A model generated the notes under the pieces. The model was given only the letters and a program-made list of their open reading frames with translations. It was not told where the DNA came from and did not search any database. Both the position numbers and the translations under genes were made by a program. From a virus (lineage: Duplodnaviria > Heunggongvirae > Uroviricota > Caudoviricetes), in the IMG/VR virus record IMGVR_UViG_2778261088_000004, positions 1-25,651 of that record: DNA of 25,651 bases; one strand, written 5' to 3'. Positions 24,487-25,651 of the stretch are shown here, piece after piece; position 1 is the stretch's first letter; every line of letters begins with the position of its first letter.

Positions 24487-25289
24487 CAACCCCAAGTCAG
24501 AGGGTCCAATCGCAGATAGAAGGCAAGGCGTTCGCGGTCGGGGGCTTCGATCCCCAATACATTGAATAGGACAGCGAAGGCGCGCTCTGCTTCATCTGGC
24601 GCTGCCCAGTTCTCTTCGGCGTTAGCAATCATGAGTGCCAAATCGGCATAGCGATCTGCTGTTCCGAGCCGCCCAAGGTCGATCAGACCCGTGCATTGAA
24701 GAGTTTTAGGGTCCACCATGAAGTTCGGCATGCAGGGATCACCATGGCAAACAACCATATCGGTGCGCTCTTGGTCGAGCCGCACCGGTAGCTCTCGTTC
24801 GACACGAGCCAAAAGATCGAGCTGCGGCGTACTCTTGTCCTCGTCCGGTAAGAAGTCGGGATTGACGGCATTGCGGGACACCACATCAACGGCGCGTCCG
24901 AACATTCGCGACAGCCTGCGCTCAAACGGACATTGATCAACCGATAGGCTGTGAACAGCGCCAAGTTGCTGCCCCATTGACGGCCACGCTTTGAGCAAAT
25001 CCGCTCCAGACAGATCAGCCGCCGGTACTCCCGGAATTGCCGTTATCACCAAGCATGCACCCTCCTGTTCCTCCTGCCAGTTGATCACCTCGGGGCAAGC
25101 CACACCTCGACCTTTGAGCCAAATGAGGCGGTCACGCTCTCCAGCGAGCTCACCGCGGCGGGAAGCAGGTGCGATTTTCGCGAAGGCATGCCCGTCACCA
25201 CGTCGAAAAACAAAATCACCAGATTCTCCGCCTCTGACAGGCAACCAGTCAGAATGCGATTCACCAAAAAAAATATTAGTTCGATTCAA
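24486..25289 (-). CDS. strA: Aminoglycoside 3''-phosphotransferase APH(3'')-Ib, StrA (267 aa)
   Basis: Translation MNRTNIFFGESHSDWLPVRGGESGDFVFRRGDGHAFAKIAPASRRGELAGERDRLIWLKGRGVACPEVINWQEEQEGACLVITAIPGVPAADLSGADLLKAWPSMGQQLGAVHSLSVDQCPFERRLSRMFGRAVDVVSRNAVNPDFLPDEDKSTPQLDLLARVERELPVRLDQERTDMVVCHGDPCMPNFMVDPKTLQCTGLIDLGRLGTADRYADLALMIANAEENWAAPDEAERAFAVLFNVLGIEAPDRERLAFYLRLDPLTWG is recognised as StrA; upstream of strB on the same strand. Confidence 0.95.
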   Translation of the reverse strand: MNRTNIFFGESHSDWLPVRGGESGDFVFRRGDGHAFAKIAPASRRGELAGERDRLIWLKGRGVACPEVINWQEEQEGACLVITAIPGVPAADLSGADLLKAWPSMGQQLGAVHSLSVDQCPFERRLSRMFGRAVDVVSRNAVNPDFLPDEDKSTPQLDLLARVERELPVRLDQERTDMVVCHGDPCMPNFMVDPKTLQCTGLIDLGRLGTADRYADLALMIANAEENWAAPDEAERAFAVLFNVLGIEAPDRERLAFYLRLDPLTWG

Positions 25290-25651
25290 TGGAGGTTCCT
25301 TCAGTTTTCTGATGAAGCGCGGAGGTGGCTCAACCTGCGAAAAGAAACGAGTTGCTACGTAAGTCCGAGAACATGCTTTCCATGGTCTTGCACCGGTTGT
25401 GTTCCGGTCTATCTCTCATTTTAAGCGGCTTTTTTCTCAAATGCCACCGGCGATTTCCAGCCGAGTGCTGATGAATCCCCTAATGATTTTTATCAAAATC
25501 ATTAAGTTAAGGTAGATACACATCTTGTCATATGATCAAATGGTTTCGCCAAAAATCAATAATCAGACAACAAAATGTGCGAACTCGATATTTTACACGA
25601 CTCTCTTTACCAATTCTGCCCCGAATTACACTTAAAACGACTCAACAGCTT

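Noticed and set aside
25290-25651. sul2 upstream of strA
   Set aside because: The flank is the kind of linker seen upstream of strA in sul2-strA-strB clusters, but no sul2 coding sequence lies within the window, so it cannot be called.
1-25651. CRISPR arrays, tRNA or rRNA genes
   Set aside because: No regularly spaced direct repeats and no tRNA-like T-arm/acceptor signatures seen on reading intergenic regions; only a computational scan (tRNAscan/Infernal) could fully exclude them.

Overview
This window reads as a P1-like temperate phage-plasmid, crossing the loxP/cre junction of the genome. From left to right: a C1-operator-controlled accessory region of tightly coupled small genes (1-11000), a ~1.1 kb gene-poor gap, a divergent two-gene operon of unknown function, then SOS-boxed humD, the phd-doc addiction module, pdcA/pdcB, lpa, the pacA/pacB terminase genes with the pac site inside pacA, the c1 repressor and coi, the Op99 operator cluster, loxP, cre, cra and ref. 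Immediately after ref the phage backbone is interrupted by a GC-richer resistance module: strB and strA (streptomycin phosphotransferases) on the minus strand, with a Tn5393-type terminal inverted repeat next to strB and a truncated ORF at the junction. The most notable points are the resistance genes carried on a phage-plasmid, the uncharacterised divergent operon beside the humD LexA box, and several unassigned accessory genes (HAD-like, ASCH-like, PD-(D/E)xK-like, an Ea22-like paralog trio). All identifications come from reading the sequence and recalling protein and site sequences; no database search was run.
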